Assembly (NCBI GenBank): GCA_019057475.1
Contig: DXJO01000008.1
Span: 82,621 to 146,620 of the forward strand
From: Candidatus Thorarchaeota archaeon
Lineage (GTDB): Archaea; Asgardarchaeota; Thorarchaeia; Thorarchaeales; Thorarchaeaceae
DNA: 64,000 nucleotides
Direction of reading: 5' to 3'
The notes beneath the pieces are model-generated. The model did no database searches, was not told the DNA's origin, and saw nothing but the letters and a program-made list of their open reading frames with translations. Made by a program: the position numbers and the translations under genes. This document shows, in pieces, positions 18,916 through 28,276 of the stretch. The first letter of the stretch is position 1. Each line of letters starts with the position of its first letter.

Positions 18916-20376
18916 CTAAACTGCCCAATGTTTCAGTTCCTTGTTTAGTCCAACCACGAATTCTCTGATGTCTTGACTCTTATCAAGAATAAACGAGTCG
19001 CCAATCAACTCGCCTTCAACCAAACCTTCTCCGAGAAGAATTAGCAGCGTTCTACGAAGAATCTGCCTGTCCACTCCGGTTTCCAGTTCAAGCATCTCGA
19101 TATCTACGGTATTTTCGCCCCCGAGCACTTTGGCTACGGAAGTTCGCAACTTGTTTGGTGTAATCGGTTTCGCTTTCTTGAGCAACTTCAATTTGGTTCG
19201 TCCTGTCCGGACAAAGACATTGTCATCGAAGTGTCCCCTGATGATCTTCTTCTTTATCATCGTTTGAAGGCTTCGTCTAAGATTGTAAGCAGCTGGTTGT
19301 GCAAGCGTTCTCCTCAAGATTCGGTCCAATTCCTTCAGGGGAATTCGAGTGTGCTTTGATGTTATCGATTCAAGACTCTCTTGAAGAAACTCCTCAATCG
19401 CGTATTCATCGAGTATTTCCAGAGTCGCGCCGCAGGAATCACAGGTTGCTGCTTCTGGTGATGCATTTGCTCCGCAGTTACCACACTTGATTGCTCGACG
19501 GTAGAGAATCGTTTTCGTGGATTCTATCTGTTGCAGTGTGATTCTTTCAGTCTTGGAAACCTCGGTTGTTTGTTCAACTTCCCAGAAACCTAGTCTTCGG
19601 TCACCCGTGCTCACCACTAAATACGCAATGTCGGACACATCATCCGGGGTGCCTGTTGCAATTGCCTTGGGTGTTGCCGAGAGCTCAATCCTGGCAACCT
19701 CGCGACCATCGAGGTCCCAGACTCTAAGATGAGTCGAATGATTGCCAGTCACAAACAGCCTTCTTTCTCCAAAGGCTAGAACTCCGAACACAGTCACAGT
19801 CTCTCCAAGCTGAAACCGCTTCAGCTGGTATCCAGCTGACGTGAGTATCGTGATTGTGCCATTTCTCTCAGCGATGACCACTTCGAGCTGGGAGTCGTTG
19901 GTGATATCTTCCAACCAGACATCGCAGAGCGGGCTATCCATAGTCCTACTAAACAGTGCCATCTTGTCATCGTTCCAGAGGATTACTCTTCGATTTTGAA
20001 GCGCAACCACAACTTCAGCTGCAGAATCCCCATCGACGTCTCTGGAGTCACAAGCAAGAATTGGGCTCTCTAGGTCAATGTTCCACATTGGTTGACCCCT
20101 ACAGGTAACGACGAGAACCTTTTTCCCGACGCCCCCGACAAGCGCATCATCCCCTTCTCCTTCCACATCTGCAACAGCAATACATCTGACCTTACTACTC
20201 CATTTTCTGGAAGCCCTGAGTGATCCACGAGTGTCGTAGACCCTTAATCGGTCTCCATAGTCGAGAGAGAAGACTTGTGACCTTGCATCTGGTCTTTGTC
20301 TCACATACAAATTGTACGCGCCAGCAGAAGTAGCTACCTTCGCAACCGAGTGAATCCGCACTAAGCCAAGCACCAT
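18916..20376 (-). CDS. FG-GAP-like beta-propeller + zinc ribbon + two PCI-like winged helices
   Basis: DVEGEGDD, DVDGDSAAEVVV, DITNDSQLEVVI loops; CGNC...CDSC; LQTMIKKKIIRGHFD and LLGEGLVEGELI. Start uncertain. Confidence 0.7.
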   Translation of the reverse strand: MVLGLVRIHSVAKVATSAGAYNLYVRQRPDARSQVFSLDYGDRLRVYDTRGSLRASRKWSSKVRCIAVADVEGEGDDALVGGVGKKVLVVTCRGQPMWNIDLESPILACDSRDVDGDSAAEVVVALQNRRVILWNDDKMALFSRTMDSPLCDVWLEDITNDSQLEVVIAERNGTITILTSAGYQLKRFQLGETVTVFGVLAFGERRLFVTGNHSTHLRVWDLDGREVARIELSATPKAIATGTPDDVSDIAYLVVSTGDRRLGFWEVEQTTEVSKTERITLQQIESTKTILYRRAIKCGNCGANASPEAATCDSCGATLEILDEYAIEEFLQESLESITSKHTRIPLKELDRILRRTLAQPAAYNLRRSLQTMIKKKIIRGHFDDNVFVRTGRTKLKLLKKAKPITPNKLRTSVAKVLGGENTVDIEMLELETGVDRQILRRTLLILLGEGLVEGELIGDSFILDKSQDIREFVVGLNKELKHWAV

Positions 20377-20431
20377 CCTTGATGTTCTCGTGAAACGATA
20401 TAAGTGTGCACTCCGAAAAGACCACCTTGTA

Positions 20432-21520
20432 ATGAGTCCTTCCCCTGAAGACTGCACCGTTGGTTTCGTATGGAGTGCCGAGTTTGAGAGATTCGACTTT
20501 GGTCGCAGACATCCAATTCGTGTCGGCCGCTTCCAGATGGCACATGATCTCGTTAGCGATGCGGGGTTCCTTGAACATCCTTCGGTTTGCCTAATTGATC
20601 CGATTCCACTATCAGATGAGATGCTTGTCCGGATTCATTCCGAGGAGTACATCAAACGAGTGAAGCAGATATCACTCACCGGACAAGGAGAGATTGACAT
20701 CGACACGCCTGGATTCAAGGGAATCTATGAGTACGGTCAGCTGAGCTGTGGAGCCACATTGACAGGAGTCCGCGAAGTGGCCTCTGGGCGTCTCAATCAC
20801 TTCCTCTCTCCAACGGGAGGGTTCCATCATGCGAAGTATGATTCCGGGGGCGGATTCTGCATCTTCAATGATGTCGCAGCTGCAGTGCTTGCACTGAAGG
20901 ACATGGGTTTCGAAAGGGTTCTTGTTGCAGATTTCGACGTTCATCACGGGAACGGGACACAGACGTACTTCTATGAAGACCCCGGCGTTATGGTTATTTC
21001 ATTCCATGAAGACCCTGAGTGGATGTATCCTCACGATGGTCATATCGGGGATATTGGGGCTGGCAAGGGGCGCGGGTACAACATCAATATGCACTTCCCG
21101 ATGGATTCAGGTGACAGTGTCTACAGATATGCCTTTGATGAGCTGGTACCCTCTCTAGTTGAATTCTATCAGCCAGAGTTCATTCTGTTTCTTCCAGGAT
21201 TCGATGCGCACTACAACGATCCGTTGGCACACATGAAGCTTACTACCAACATGATTCGGTATGTTGCTGAGTACATACACAATGCAGCTCATACTTGGAG
21301 CGGGGGTCAACTTGGCGTTCTTTCGGCTGGGGGCTACGACGCTACTGCATTCGGATGGGGAATCGGGACCATCCTCTCAGTTCTCACAGGACTCAAGTAC
21401 TCACCACCAAAACAAACACCTCCGTTTGATGATGATGAGGAAACTTGGGATATCGTTCGTTCCAACGTACGGGAGGTAAAGGAAATGGTCTTCCCCGCGC
21501 TAGGGGCAGACGTAATGTGA
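20432..21520 (+). CDS. Histone deacetylase / AcuC / acetylpolyamine amidohydrolase family
   Basis: HP, DTP, GGFHHA, GFCIFND, DFDVHHGNGTQ, GFDAH..DPL, GGY. Confidence 0.93.
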   Translation: MSPSPEDCTVGFVWSAEFERFDFGRRHPIRVGRFQMAHDLVSDAGFLEHPSVCLIDPIPLSDEMLVRIHSEEYIKRVKQISLTGQGEIDIDTPGFKGIYEYGQLSCGATLTGVREVASGRLNHFLSPTGGFHHAKYDSGGGFCIFNDVAAAVLALKDMGFERVLVADFDVHHGNGTQTYFYEDPGVMVISFHEDPEWMYPHDGHIGDIGAGKGRGYNINMHFPMDSGDSVYRYAFDELVPSLVEFYQPEFILFLPGFDAHYNDPLAHMKLTTNMIRYVAEYIHNAAHTWSGGQLGVLSAGGYDATAFGWGIGTILSVLTGLKYSPPKQTPPFDDDEETWDIVRSNVREVKEMVFPALGADVM

Positions 21521-21599
21521 TCTCGTCAGTGGCTGTTGCATTTAGTGCTTGCCTTGCGCAAGAGAGAAATCCATGTATTGTCAATGATTCTCGATTGCA

Positions 21600-22256
21600 T
21601 TGCAGTGGAAGTATCGTGACAGAACACATGCTGGAGAAGTCCTAGCTGAGGAGCTGCTTCAACTTGAGCTGAATGTCCTGCCCTTGGTGCTTGCTGTACC
21701 CAACGGGGGAGTCGCAGTGGCTGTGCCAATCGCCCGGGCTCTAGGGGCAGAGCTGAATGTTGTGATTGTGAGAAAACTGCAAATCCCACACAACCCCGAG
21801 GCCGGTTTTAGTGCACTGACTTCCCTTGGCACACTGATACTGAACAAACCATTGGTGGCACGCCTAGGACTGACTGAAAAAGAGATAAATTCAGTGAAGA
21901 GAAAGACCGAGAGGCAGATTGAGGAGCGAAGAGAAACCTATGAAGGACTAGTTGGGCACACTGAGCCATTAGGCCGAGCTGTCATTCTCGTAGACGATGG
22001 GCTGGCTTCTGGCTACACTATGATGGCTGCAATCGATTCAGTTCGCGAGTTCCATCCCGATTCAGTCACAGTAGCAGTTCCAACTGCTCATGATAACTCA
22101 GCTAGGATGGTGGAGGCCGCTGTGGATAGATTGGTATGTCCCAGAATTGAAACTGGCTTTGTGTTCGCTGTTGCGAATGCGTATCAGAATTGGTATGATG
22201 TTTCGGACTCTGAGGTGATAGAAGTGCTGCGTCATGCTGCAGACGCAGTAACCTAG
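21600..22256 (+). CDS. Type I phosphoribosyltransferase
   Basis: YRDRTHAG, VRKL, VILVDDGLASGYTM PRPP-binding loop. Confidence 0.9.
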   Translation: MQWKYRDRTHAGEVLAEELLQLELNVLPLVLAVPNGGVAVAVPIARALGAELNVVIVRKLQIPHNPEAGFSALTSLGTLILNKPLVARLGLTEKEINSVKRKTERQIEERRETYEGLVGHTEPLGRAVILVDDGLASGYTMMAAIDSVREFHPDSVTVAVPTAHDNSARMVEAAVDRLVCPRIETGFVFAVANAYQNWYDVSDSEVIEVLRHAADAVT

Positions 22257-22274
22257 CGTTTCTCGTACTGCATC

Positions 22275-22910
22275 TTACTGTGCCAGTTCTCCGATGAACT
22301 GCTTGGCAACTGCGACCGCACTGGTGGCATCCTTGCCAAACGCGTCAGCACCCGTGTAGTCAACGGTTTCTTGGTTGGTGTTTCCTCCGCCTATCATAAC
22401 CTTGACATCGTTCCTGATTCCAGCTGTTCTAAGGGCCTCGATTGTTATCTTCATTGAGTCATGAGCCACAGTAATGAGTCCACTGAGCGCGAGAATCCGT
22501 GCACCGGTTTCATTCAGTTTCTCAATGAACTTCTCAGAAGGCACGTTTTCACCAAGATCATGGACCTCGAAACCGTTGGACTTCAAAAAGGCAATAACCA
22601 GGTTCTTGCCAACATCATGCACATCGCCCTTTACAGTTCCAATCACGATTTTCCCTATTGCGCTCCCTTTCTGTTTCTCAAGCAGCTTGGGTTCCACGAA
22701 TGTCATGGCTTTCTTGAACAGCTCTGCTGACAGGATGAGCTCTACAAGGAAATACTCGTTATTGGCAAACCTTGCTCCAACGATATCCATTCCTTGCCTT
22801 AGCCAATCTAGTATTTGTGCTGGGTCAGTGCCCGCGTCCAGCTGTTCCTTGACAATGTCTAGGAGCTTCTCCTCTTCTAGATCGCCCACGGCATCAATGA
22901 GGTTTTTCAT
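22275..22910 (-). CDS. Methyltransferase corrinoid protein (MtbC/MttC-like)
   Basis: N-terminal cap domain; GTVKGDVHDVGKNLV (DxHxxG), SGL, IGGG. Confidence 0.93.
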   Translation of the reverse strand: MKNLIDAVGDLEEEKLLDIVKEQLDAGTDPAQILDWLRQGMDIVGARFANNEYFLVELILSAELFKKAMTFVEPKLLEKQKGSAIGKIVIGTVKGDVHDVGKNLVIAFLKSNGFEVHDLGENVPSEKFIEKLNETGARILALSGLITVAHDSMKITIEALRTAGIRNDVKVMIGGGNTNQETVDYTGADAFGKDATSAVAVAKQFIGELAQ

Positions 22911-22969
22911 CGTGATTCACTCACAGGTTTCCCTCGAATCGAGCCCCCGCATAAATATGTCCCGAAAAG

Positions 22970-24583
22970 TCAGTCGTGGACTGATTCAAGTATGGTTGCT
23001 TGAGCGAAAATATCAGCGAAGTTGTCGTGAGTAGCAAGCTCGTAGTAGTTTATCTTCCTTCTCAATTGCTCAATCACCCCGCGGCTTCTCCTGGATACCA
23101 GTAACCTCTTTGCTCCTTCTCCTGCGGCGTTACCCACCGCGATAATCCTCTCAAGGTCGACCGGGGGAAAGAGGCTAATCCGCAGCGCGCTAGACGGGTC
23201 GATGTAGTTCCCGAATGCTCCCGCGAGATAAATCGCCTTGATGTCCTCAGTACGGACATTCGCAACCTGCATCAAAATTTGGGTTCCTGCTAGAATGGCT
23301 CCCTTTGCTAGTTGAACCTGTCGAACATCTCTCTGCGTAAACATGATTCTGCTCTTAGATGCGTGTTCTCCAGCACCTACGACGAGATAGGCTAGCCCCG
23401 CTTTGGTGTCATCCACTACCCTTGCTGATGCTTTCATCCTCCCACCAGCATCAACTAGTCCGTTTCTCAGCAGTTCTGCTACGGTATCCACAATGGCAGA
23501 GCCGCACAGTCCTCTAGGTGCACCGCCGCCAATCACTGAGATTTCAGGGGCATCGTCAATCTCTCGAATTGTTAAGTGCTCAATCGCACCATCTTGGCCT
23601 CTCATGCCGTGACTGATTGTCGCTCCTTCGAAAGCGGACCCAGCAGCTGCGGAGCAACAGAACAATTCGCCTCTCTTAGAAAGCACGATTTCACCATTCG
23701 TTCCTATATCGATGCCGAGGACGACATCATCAGCAAGGTCTAATCTTTGGGACAGAATGAAAGCAAGTGTATCGCTTCCGACAAAACCCGCTACGTTCGG
23801 GGCGAAGTATACCTCTGCGTCCGGAGTGGATTTGAGGCCGATTTTTCTCCCATTGCTTGTGAACGCATCCCGCATCTGCGGCTCATAGGGGGCTAGGCCC
23901 AATGATGAGGTATCTAGACCCAAAGCGAGATGATGCATTGCCGTGTTGCCTACCACGACCAATCTCGATAGCTTGTTTGAGGGCACTCCAGACTCATTGC
24001 AGAGCATAGTACTTAGTTCGTCAATCTTATCCAGTACTCTCTGCTTAAGGAGGGTTCTGCCTTTCTCATCTTTCATAGCGTACGCTATTCGTGACATCAC
24101 ATCTTCGCCGAATATGACCTGAGGGTTGAGGTCCGCAGAGTTCGCAATCTGGTTGCCTTTGCTCAGGTCAAGCAGATATGCAACTATTGTTGTGGTTCCT
24201 AAGTCGACCGCGATGCCAAATTCTCCTTCATGTCCTTCATCCAGAGCGAAATCGCTTGTTGAAGAGACCCCACTTGCTAGTATTTTAGCAGCAGTGGATG
24301 TGTGAGGAATGACTGCCCTTGTGTCAAAACTGATTCGATGCTGACAGGCAAGTCGCACACCCACGTCGATGTCATGTTCTCCAATGAGTTGGGTTTCCAC
24401 ACGTGTGGGGGCAGTTGCAGGGTTGAGTATGATACGACATTTCCCGCACGTTCCTCGGCCTCCGCACTCCGAGGAAACTTGGAGTCCTACCATCCGTATC
24501 GCTTCGAGAATTGTAGTCTGCTCGCCTATGGCTATGCGAAGTCCCGATGGTTCAAGGATAAGGACGTGCTCTCGCAAGTGCAT
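22970..24583 (-). CDS. ATP-dependent reductive activator of corrinoid proteins (RACo/RamA-like; 2Fe-2S + ASKHA)
   Basis: CGGRGTCGKC...RLACQ; VDLGTTT, FGEDVMSRI, DIGTNGE, GLCGS, LAGAFG, VGNAA. Confidence 0.92.
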   Translation of the reverse strand: MHLREHVLILEPSGLRIAIGEQTTILEAIRMVGLQVSSECGGRGTCGKCRIILNPATAPTRVETQLIGEHDIDVGVRLACQHRISFDTRAVIPHTSTAAKILASGVSSTSDFALDEGHEGEFGIAVDLGTTTIVAYLLDLSKGNQIANSADLNPQVIFGEDVMSRIAYAMKDEKGRTLLKQRVLDKIDELSTMLCNESGVPSNKLSRLVVVGNTAMHHLALGLDTSSLGLAPYEPQMRDAFTSNGRKIGLKSTPDAEVYFAPNVAGFVGSDTLAFILSQRLDLADDVVLGIDIGTNGEIVLSKRGELFCCSAAAGSAFEGATISHGMRGQDGAIEHLTIREIDDAPEISVIGGGAPRGLCGSAIVDTVAELLRNGLVDAGGRMKASARVVDDTKAGLAYLVVGAGEHASKSRIMFTQRDVRQVQLAKGAILAGTQILMQVANVRTEDIKAIYLAGAFGNYIDPSSALRISLFPPVDLERIIAVGNAAGEGAKRLLVSRRSRGVIEQLRRKINYYELATHDNFADIFAQATILESVHD

Positions 24584-24588
24584 GACTC

Positions 24589-25494
24589 CTAAGCGATTCG
24601 ATACCGTGGATGCTGGCGGTCCACGCGCGTTCTTGTTTCAAGCAGCACTCCTGATAGGGCAACGTCAATCATCGCCACTGATGGGAACACAATGGGTGCA
24701 TGTTTGATAGGTCCATAGAGCACAAAGTCGGCTCCAAGTGTTACTGGCATTAAACTCGATCCTACAAGAGCTGGTTTCTTTGCATCTTTCCCAAATTTCG
24801 GAACCAAGCCCCTCCAAGTGTTCACAGCATTATGTGCACCGCATCCCACCGGCACGCCGAACTTGTCCTTTATCATATGCTGCGCTTTGCATGCAAGGCC
24901 AAGTGTCAACAGATCGATGACTCCCGTATCGATGATAACATTCTCAATTCCTGCCTTGGTTGTTTTGTCTAGGAGCATTTCCGCGAGATCCAACCGCTTC
25001 GTAGCTGATGCCATCGCGGCGTTAGAGAAGGTCAGTCCCACTGCATGCTTCACGCCAAGTTCATGGAACGATTCCAACGCTTCCATGCTTGTGTCTGGTG
25101 TAATGGAATTCAGCATCACTCTGTCTAGGAATCCACCTTCGCGAGCCGCTTGGACCCCTGCAAGATTTACTTCTTCAGAACCGGACCCGTCAACCAGCAG
25201 AGGCATATCTGTGACGTCTACAAGGTGCAGCAGATGCTTCTCAATCGCTTTGGGGGACTCTGCGACGACATCGAGCATGCTTGGCAGTCCAGTAGCACTG
25301 GACGCGTCCACTAACGCATTCAGCAGCGCTTCTGCACTGGGCACATCAATAGTGCCCTCTTTCGCATTCTTGACAAGTTTATCTCCCGAGTGGAAGATGG
25401 AGCCTATGAGAACGGTGGGGTTGATGCCAGGCTTTCCTCCTATCCTCATGTTGTCAATCTCAAGAACTCTTTGCTCTGCTGTGTATTCAAACAT
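24589..25494 (-). CDS. mtrH: MtrH-family methylcorrinoid:tetrahydropterin methyltransferase
   Basis: MFEYTAEQ, IGGKPG.NPTVLIGSIF, PVGCGAHN, GADFVLYGPI; no other mtr subunits nearby. Confidence 0.88.
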   Translation of the reverse strand: MFEYTAEQRVLEIDNMRIGGKPGINPTVLIGSIFHSGDKLVKNAKEGTIDVPSAEALLNALVDASSATGLPSMLDVVAESPKAIEKHLLHLVDVTDMPLLVDGSGSEEVNLAGVQAAREGGFLDRVMLNSITPDTSMEALESFHELGVKHAVGLTFSNAAMASATKRLDLAEMLLDKTTKAGIENVIIDTGVIDLLTLGLACKAQHMIKDKFGVPVGCGAHNAVNTWRGLVPKFGKDAKKPALVGSSLMPVTLGADFVLYGPIKHAPIVFPSVAMIDVALSGVLLETRTRVDRQHPRYRIA

Positions 25495-25671
25495 CTGATC
25501 AGCACCCAAGGCTGCACGCTGGCTCATAGCTGCCTTCAAGTTCTGACGGTATCTCCGCTCAATAACCTTTTGCGAAGTAGAGCTAGGCGCTATGGATAGG
25601 TATCATCGCAAGTACCCATGCATTAATCAGACGAATTTCCGACGGTGCCATCACTAAAAGGATGGGTCCTC

Positions 25672-27027
25672 GTGCTGGCGGTAAAAGAGTCATGCAATCC
25701 TTCCGAGTGCAACCTGGAGTGCGTTGAAGCGTGTCAAGGTGTACAGGGAGACGGTGCGCCCCTTACGATATCGAAAGAAACAGGCCATCCAAGCATTCGT
25801 TATGGCGGGTGTACGGCATGCCTGTTGTGCGTGCGAGCATGCCCTCTCAATGCAATTGAAATCGAGGGATCCACTGCCGGTGCTGCTCGCGCAATGAAAC
25901 GTAGGAACCGCACCAAGCCGAAGCCAGCCGCCAAACAGGCCTATGAGGTGACTGATGATTTCGCCAGGTTCTCCGAGGCAGATATGATATTTGCCAGGGC
26001 ATGGAATGATCCAGAATTCAAGCACTATAAGAGGAGCGAATGGGATGGGGCAAAGGCTGCGATGCAAAGTGGTCTTCCTGGGTATAGCCGAGCCTACTAC
26101 GAGCTGGCGCGGGCTGGATGGGAGCTGTACAATCATCGGACATCTATGATGAACCCCTTGGCTGATCTTGAGGGAGATGGCTCGAGTTTTGCAAATGAAC
26201 GCACATTCGACTCCGACTTGCTTACGAGGATGATGAAGAAGGCAGCTCATTTCTTTGGAGCTAGTCTTGTTGGGATTGCATCTCTAGACCATCGGTGGTT
26301 GTATTCTGCCAGTCGTAGAGGTGTAGAGTACTCCATACCTGACAGCATAGATCACGCAGTCGTCATGGCAATTGCAATGGATTACGACGCCATAGCAACC
26401 TCACCGACATTCATCAGCTCGGCTGCGACTGCTCTTGGGTACTCCACAATGGCATTCGTTGAAATCGAGCTGGCTGCCTTCATTCGCAGGCTTGGATATC
26501 GAGCGATACCCTGCGGGAATGATATCGCTCTGAGTGTGCCTTTAGCTATTGATGCAGGTCTCGGACAATACGGACGGCATGGTCTTCTGATTACAAAGGA
26601 GTTCGGTTCACGAGTGCGTATTGCCAAGGTGCTAACGGACATGCCCCTTCTTCCAGATAGTCCTGACTTGGACTTCTACAACTCCGTGACTCGTTTCTGC
26701 GAAGTATGTGAGAAATGCGCAGAGCACTGTCCCAGTCAATCCATCCCTTATGGAAGAGAACGCACTTGGCATGGTGAGTGCAGGTCCAATAACCCCGGTG
26801 TCAAGAAGTGGTACGTGGATGTGGAGTCATGCTATGGTTTCTGGGTGCAGAATGGCGCTGAGTGTTCGAACTGCATCCGAAGCTGTCCTTACGACAAACG
26901 CGATGGGCCTGCACTCAGGATTCTTCTCTGGCTTACGCGTCATATGCCTAGGCTCAACTCCCTGGTTGTGAAATTGGACGATTTGCTAGGCTACGGAAAG
27001 CAGCGTCTTCCGAAAGATATGCTCTAA
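25672..27027 (+). CDS. rdhA: Reductive dehalogenase-like cobalamin/Fe-S protein with N-terminal RLI-type ferredoxin
   Basis: KKAAHFFGASLVGI, AIDAGLGQYGRHG, GSRVR...VLTDMPL, FCEVCEKCAEHCP, CSNCIRSCP; N-terminal CNPSECNLECVEAC / CTACLLCVRACP; no TAT leader. Confidence 0.85.
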   Translation: MLAVKESCNPSECNLECVEACQGVQGDGAPLTISKETGHPSIRYGGCTACLLCVRACPLNAIEIEGSTAGAARAMKRRNRTKPKPAAKQAYEVTDDFARFSEADMIFARAWNDPEFKHYKRSEWDGAKAAMQSGLPGYSRAYYELARAGWELYNHRTSMMNPLADLEGDGSSFANERTFDSDLLTRMMKKAAHFFGASLVGIASLDHRWLYSASRRGVEYSIPDSIDHAVVMAIAMDYDAIATSPTFISSAATALGYSTMAFVEIELAAFIRRLGYRAIPCGNDIALSVPLAIDAGLGQYGRHGLLITKEFGSRVRIAKVLTDMPLLPDSPDLDFYNSVTRFCEVCEKCAEHCPSQSIPYGRERTWHGECRSNNPGVKKWYVDVESCYGFWVQNGAECSNCIRSCPYDKRDGPALRILLWLTRHMPRLNSLVVKLDDLLGYGKQRLPKDML

Positions 27028-27028
27028 A

Positions 27029-27301
27029 CTACTTGGTGCTTCTAGAGATTCTTTGGTAAAGGCCCTCAAAGAAATCTCCCTTGCGAATCTTACCCTTGTT
27101 GATTGCAAAGAAGTTTGTCTTTATGCGATATAGCTTTGGCTTGAGATTGTCGTAATTCCGAATTCCCCTTCCGTCAATGCTATCGTCAAAAATCTTGGTG
27201 ACGTACTCTGGGAAGTTATCGATGTACTGGCATTGATTGAGCTGGATATGGAACAGGGTGCTTCGTAGTATCTCTGCTCGACTAATATTCCGCGTTGCCA
27301 T
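27029..27301 (-). CDS. Small basic hypothetical protein
   Basis: 90-aa ORF from ATG 27301 filling the gap between rdhA and the radical-SAM gene. Confidence 0.5.
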   Translation of the reverse strand: MATRNISRAEILRSTLFHIQLNQCQYIDNFPEYVTKIFDDSIDGRGIRNYDNLKPKLYRIKTNFFAINKGKIRKGDFFEGLYQRISRSTK

Positions 27302-27429
27302 TGCTTGGTCCCACCGTATTATCGATGGTGCTGCCAATTAAGAGTTCTAGTAAGACAAACCGCCTTCGAGCATTGGCATACGGTTATCAGGCACGAATAG
27401 TCACCGGTTCGTGGAAGCGTGGCAGAAAC

Positions 27430-28125
27430 ATGCGGATTGCATCCATCATTGATATCAGTCTTGTAGATGTGCCCAAGATTCCAGTAACGGTGATATTCAC
27501 AGCAGGATGCAATTTCGACTGCTCATACTGTCAAAACGCTGAACTCATTCCGCTCTCATCAGGCGAGAGCATGGCGATACCTGATATTGTAGCTCATGCA
27601 CGCGGTCATCTTGTAGATGGTTATTGTGTAACTGGTGGGGAACCCACAATACACAAGGATCTCCCGGAGTTGTTGAAAGCCCTCAAAGAAGACTGCGACG
27701 GTCACATCAATCTCAATACGCAGGGGTCAGTTCCGTCCGTGCTAGAGAGGTCTCTACCCTATATTGACTCGGTCTGGTTTGACATGAAGGCAAGCCCTAC
27801 TCGATATGTAGAAACCGCAAGAACATCTTCCGATCCATGGCCGAGGGTCCAGCAGAGTCTAGAGATGCTCCTAGATTCTGAGGTTCTTTTTTGGCCTCGC
27901 ACAACGTATGTTGGAAACCTAACAACACCTGACGACATAAAGGCGATTCTTGCAAAATTGCATGAACTTGGATTCAGAGGTGAGTATCTAGTTCAGAATT
28001 ACATCGATTCGGCAGGCACGCGAGATGAAGAGGTAGCAGCCTTTGAGAAACCGAATCGTGAGGAGATTGAACCGCTGCTTTCTAGCCTTCCCTCTGGAAT
28101 TTCGATGCGGCTTGAGTGGAGATGA
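27430..28125 (+). CDS. Radical SAM glycyl-radical activating enzyme (anaerobic RNR activase family)
   Basis: SLVD.P, GCNFDCSYCQN, VTGGEPT, DMKA. Confidence 0.85.
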   Translation: MRIASIIDISLVDVPKIPVTVIFTAGCNFDCSYCQNAELIPLSSGESMAIPDIVAHARGHLVDGYCVTGGEPTIHKDLPELLKALKEDCDGHINLNTQGSVPSVLERSLPYIDSVWFDMKASPTRYVETARTSSDPWPRVQQSLEMLLDSEVLFWPRTTYVGNLTTPDDIKAILAKLHELGFRGEYLVQNYIDSAGTRDEEVAAFEKPNREEIEPLLSSLPSGISMRLEWR

Positions 28126-28196
28126 ATCACATAGAATCGAAGACCAGCCGCTAAGATGGGTGGTCGCTGCGCTCGCACGATTCAGACACAGAAATA

Positions 28197-28206
28197 CGCT
28201 TATATA
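28197..28206 (+). promoter_or_regulatory. Probable archaeal TATA box upstream of psmA
   Basis: CGCTTATATA preceded by A-rich BRE-like sequence, about 70 bp before the ATG; GGAG site near the start. Confidence 0.45.
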
Positions 28207-28276
28207 CGCCGAAGGCCGTGCTCAAATTCGACCTCACCTCTTTGGTGGTTGGTCATTACAGGAGTGTCTTTGAAGC

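Noticed and set aside
22275-25494. Methanogenesis or pyrrolysine-dependent methylamine use
   Set aside because: No mtrA-G, mcr, pyl or amber-containing methylamine methyltransferase in this window.
24818-25498. Long antisense ORFs here and at 22474-23034, 40922-41548 and 45233-45985
   Set aside because: Shadow frames opposite well-supported genes.
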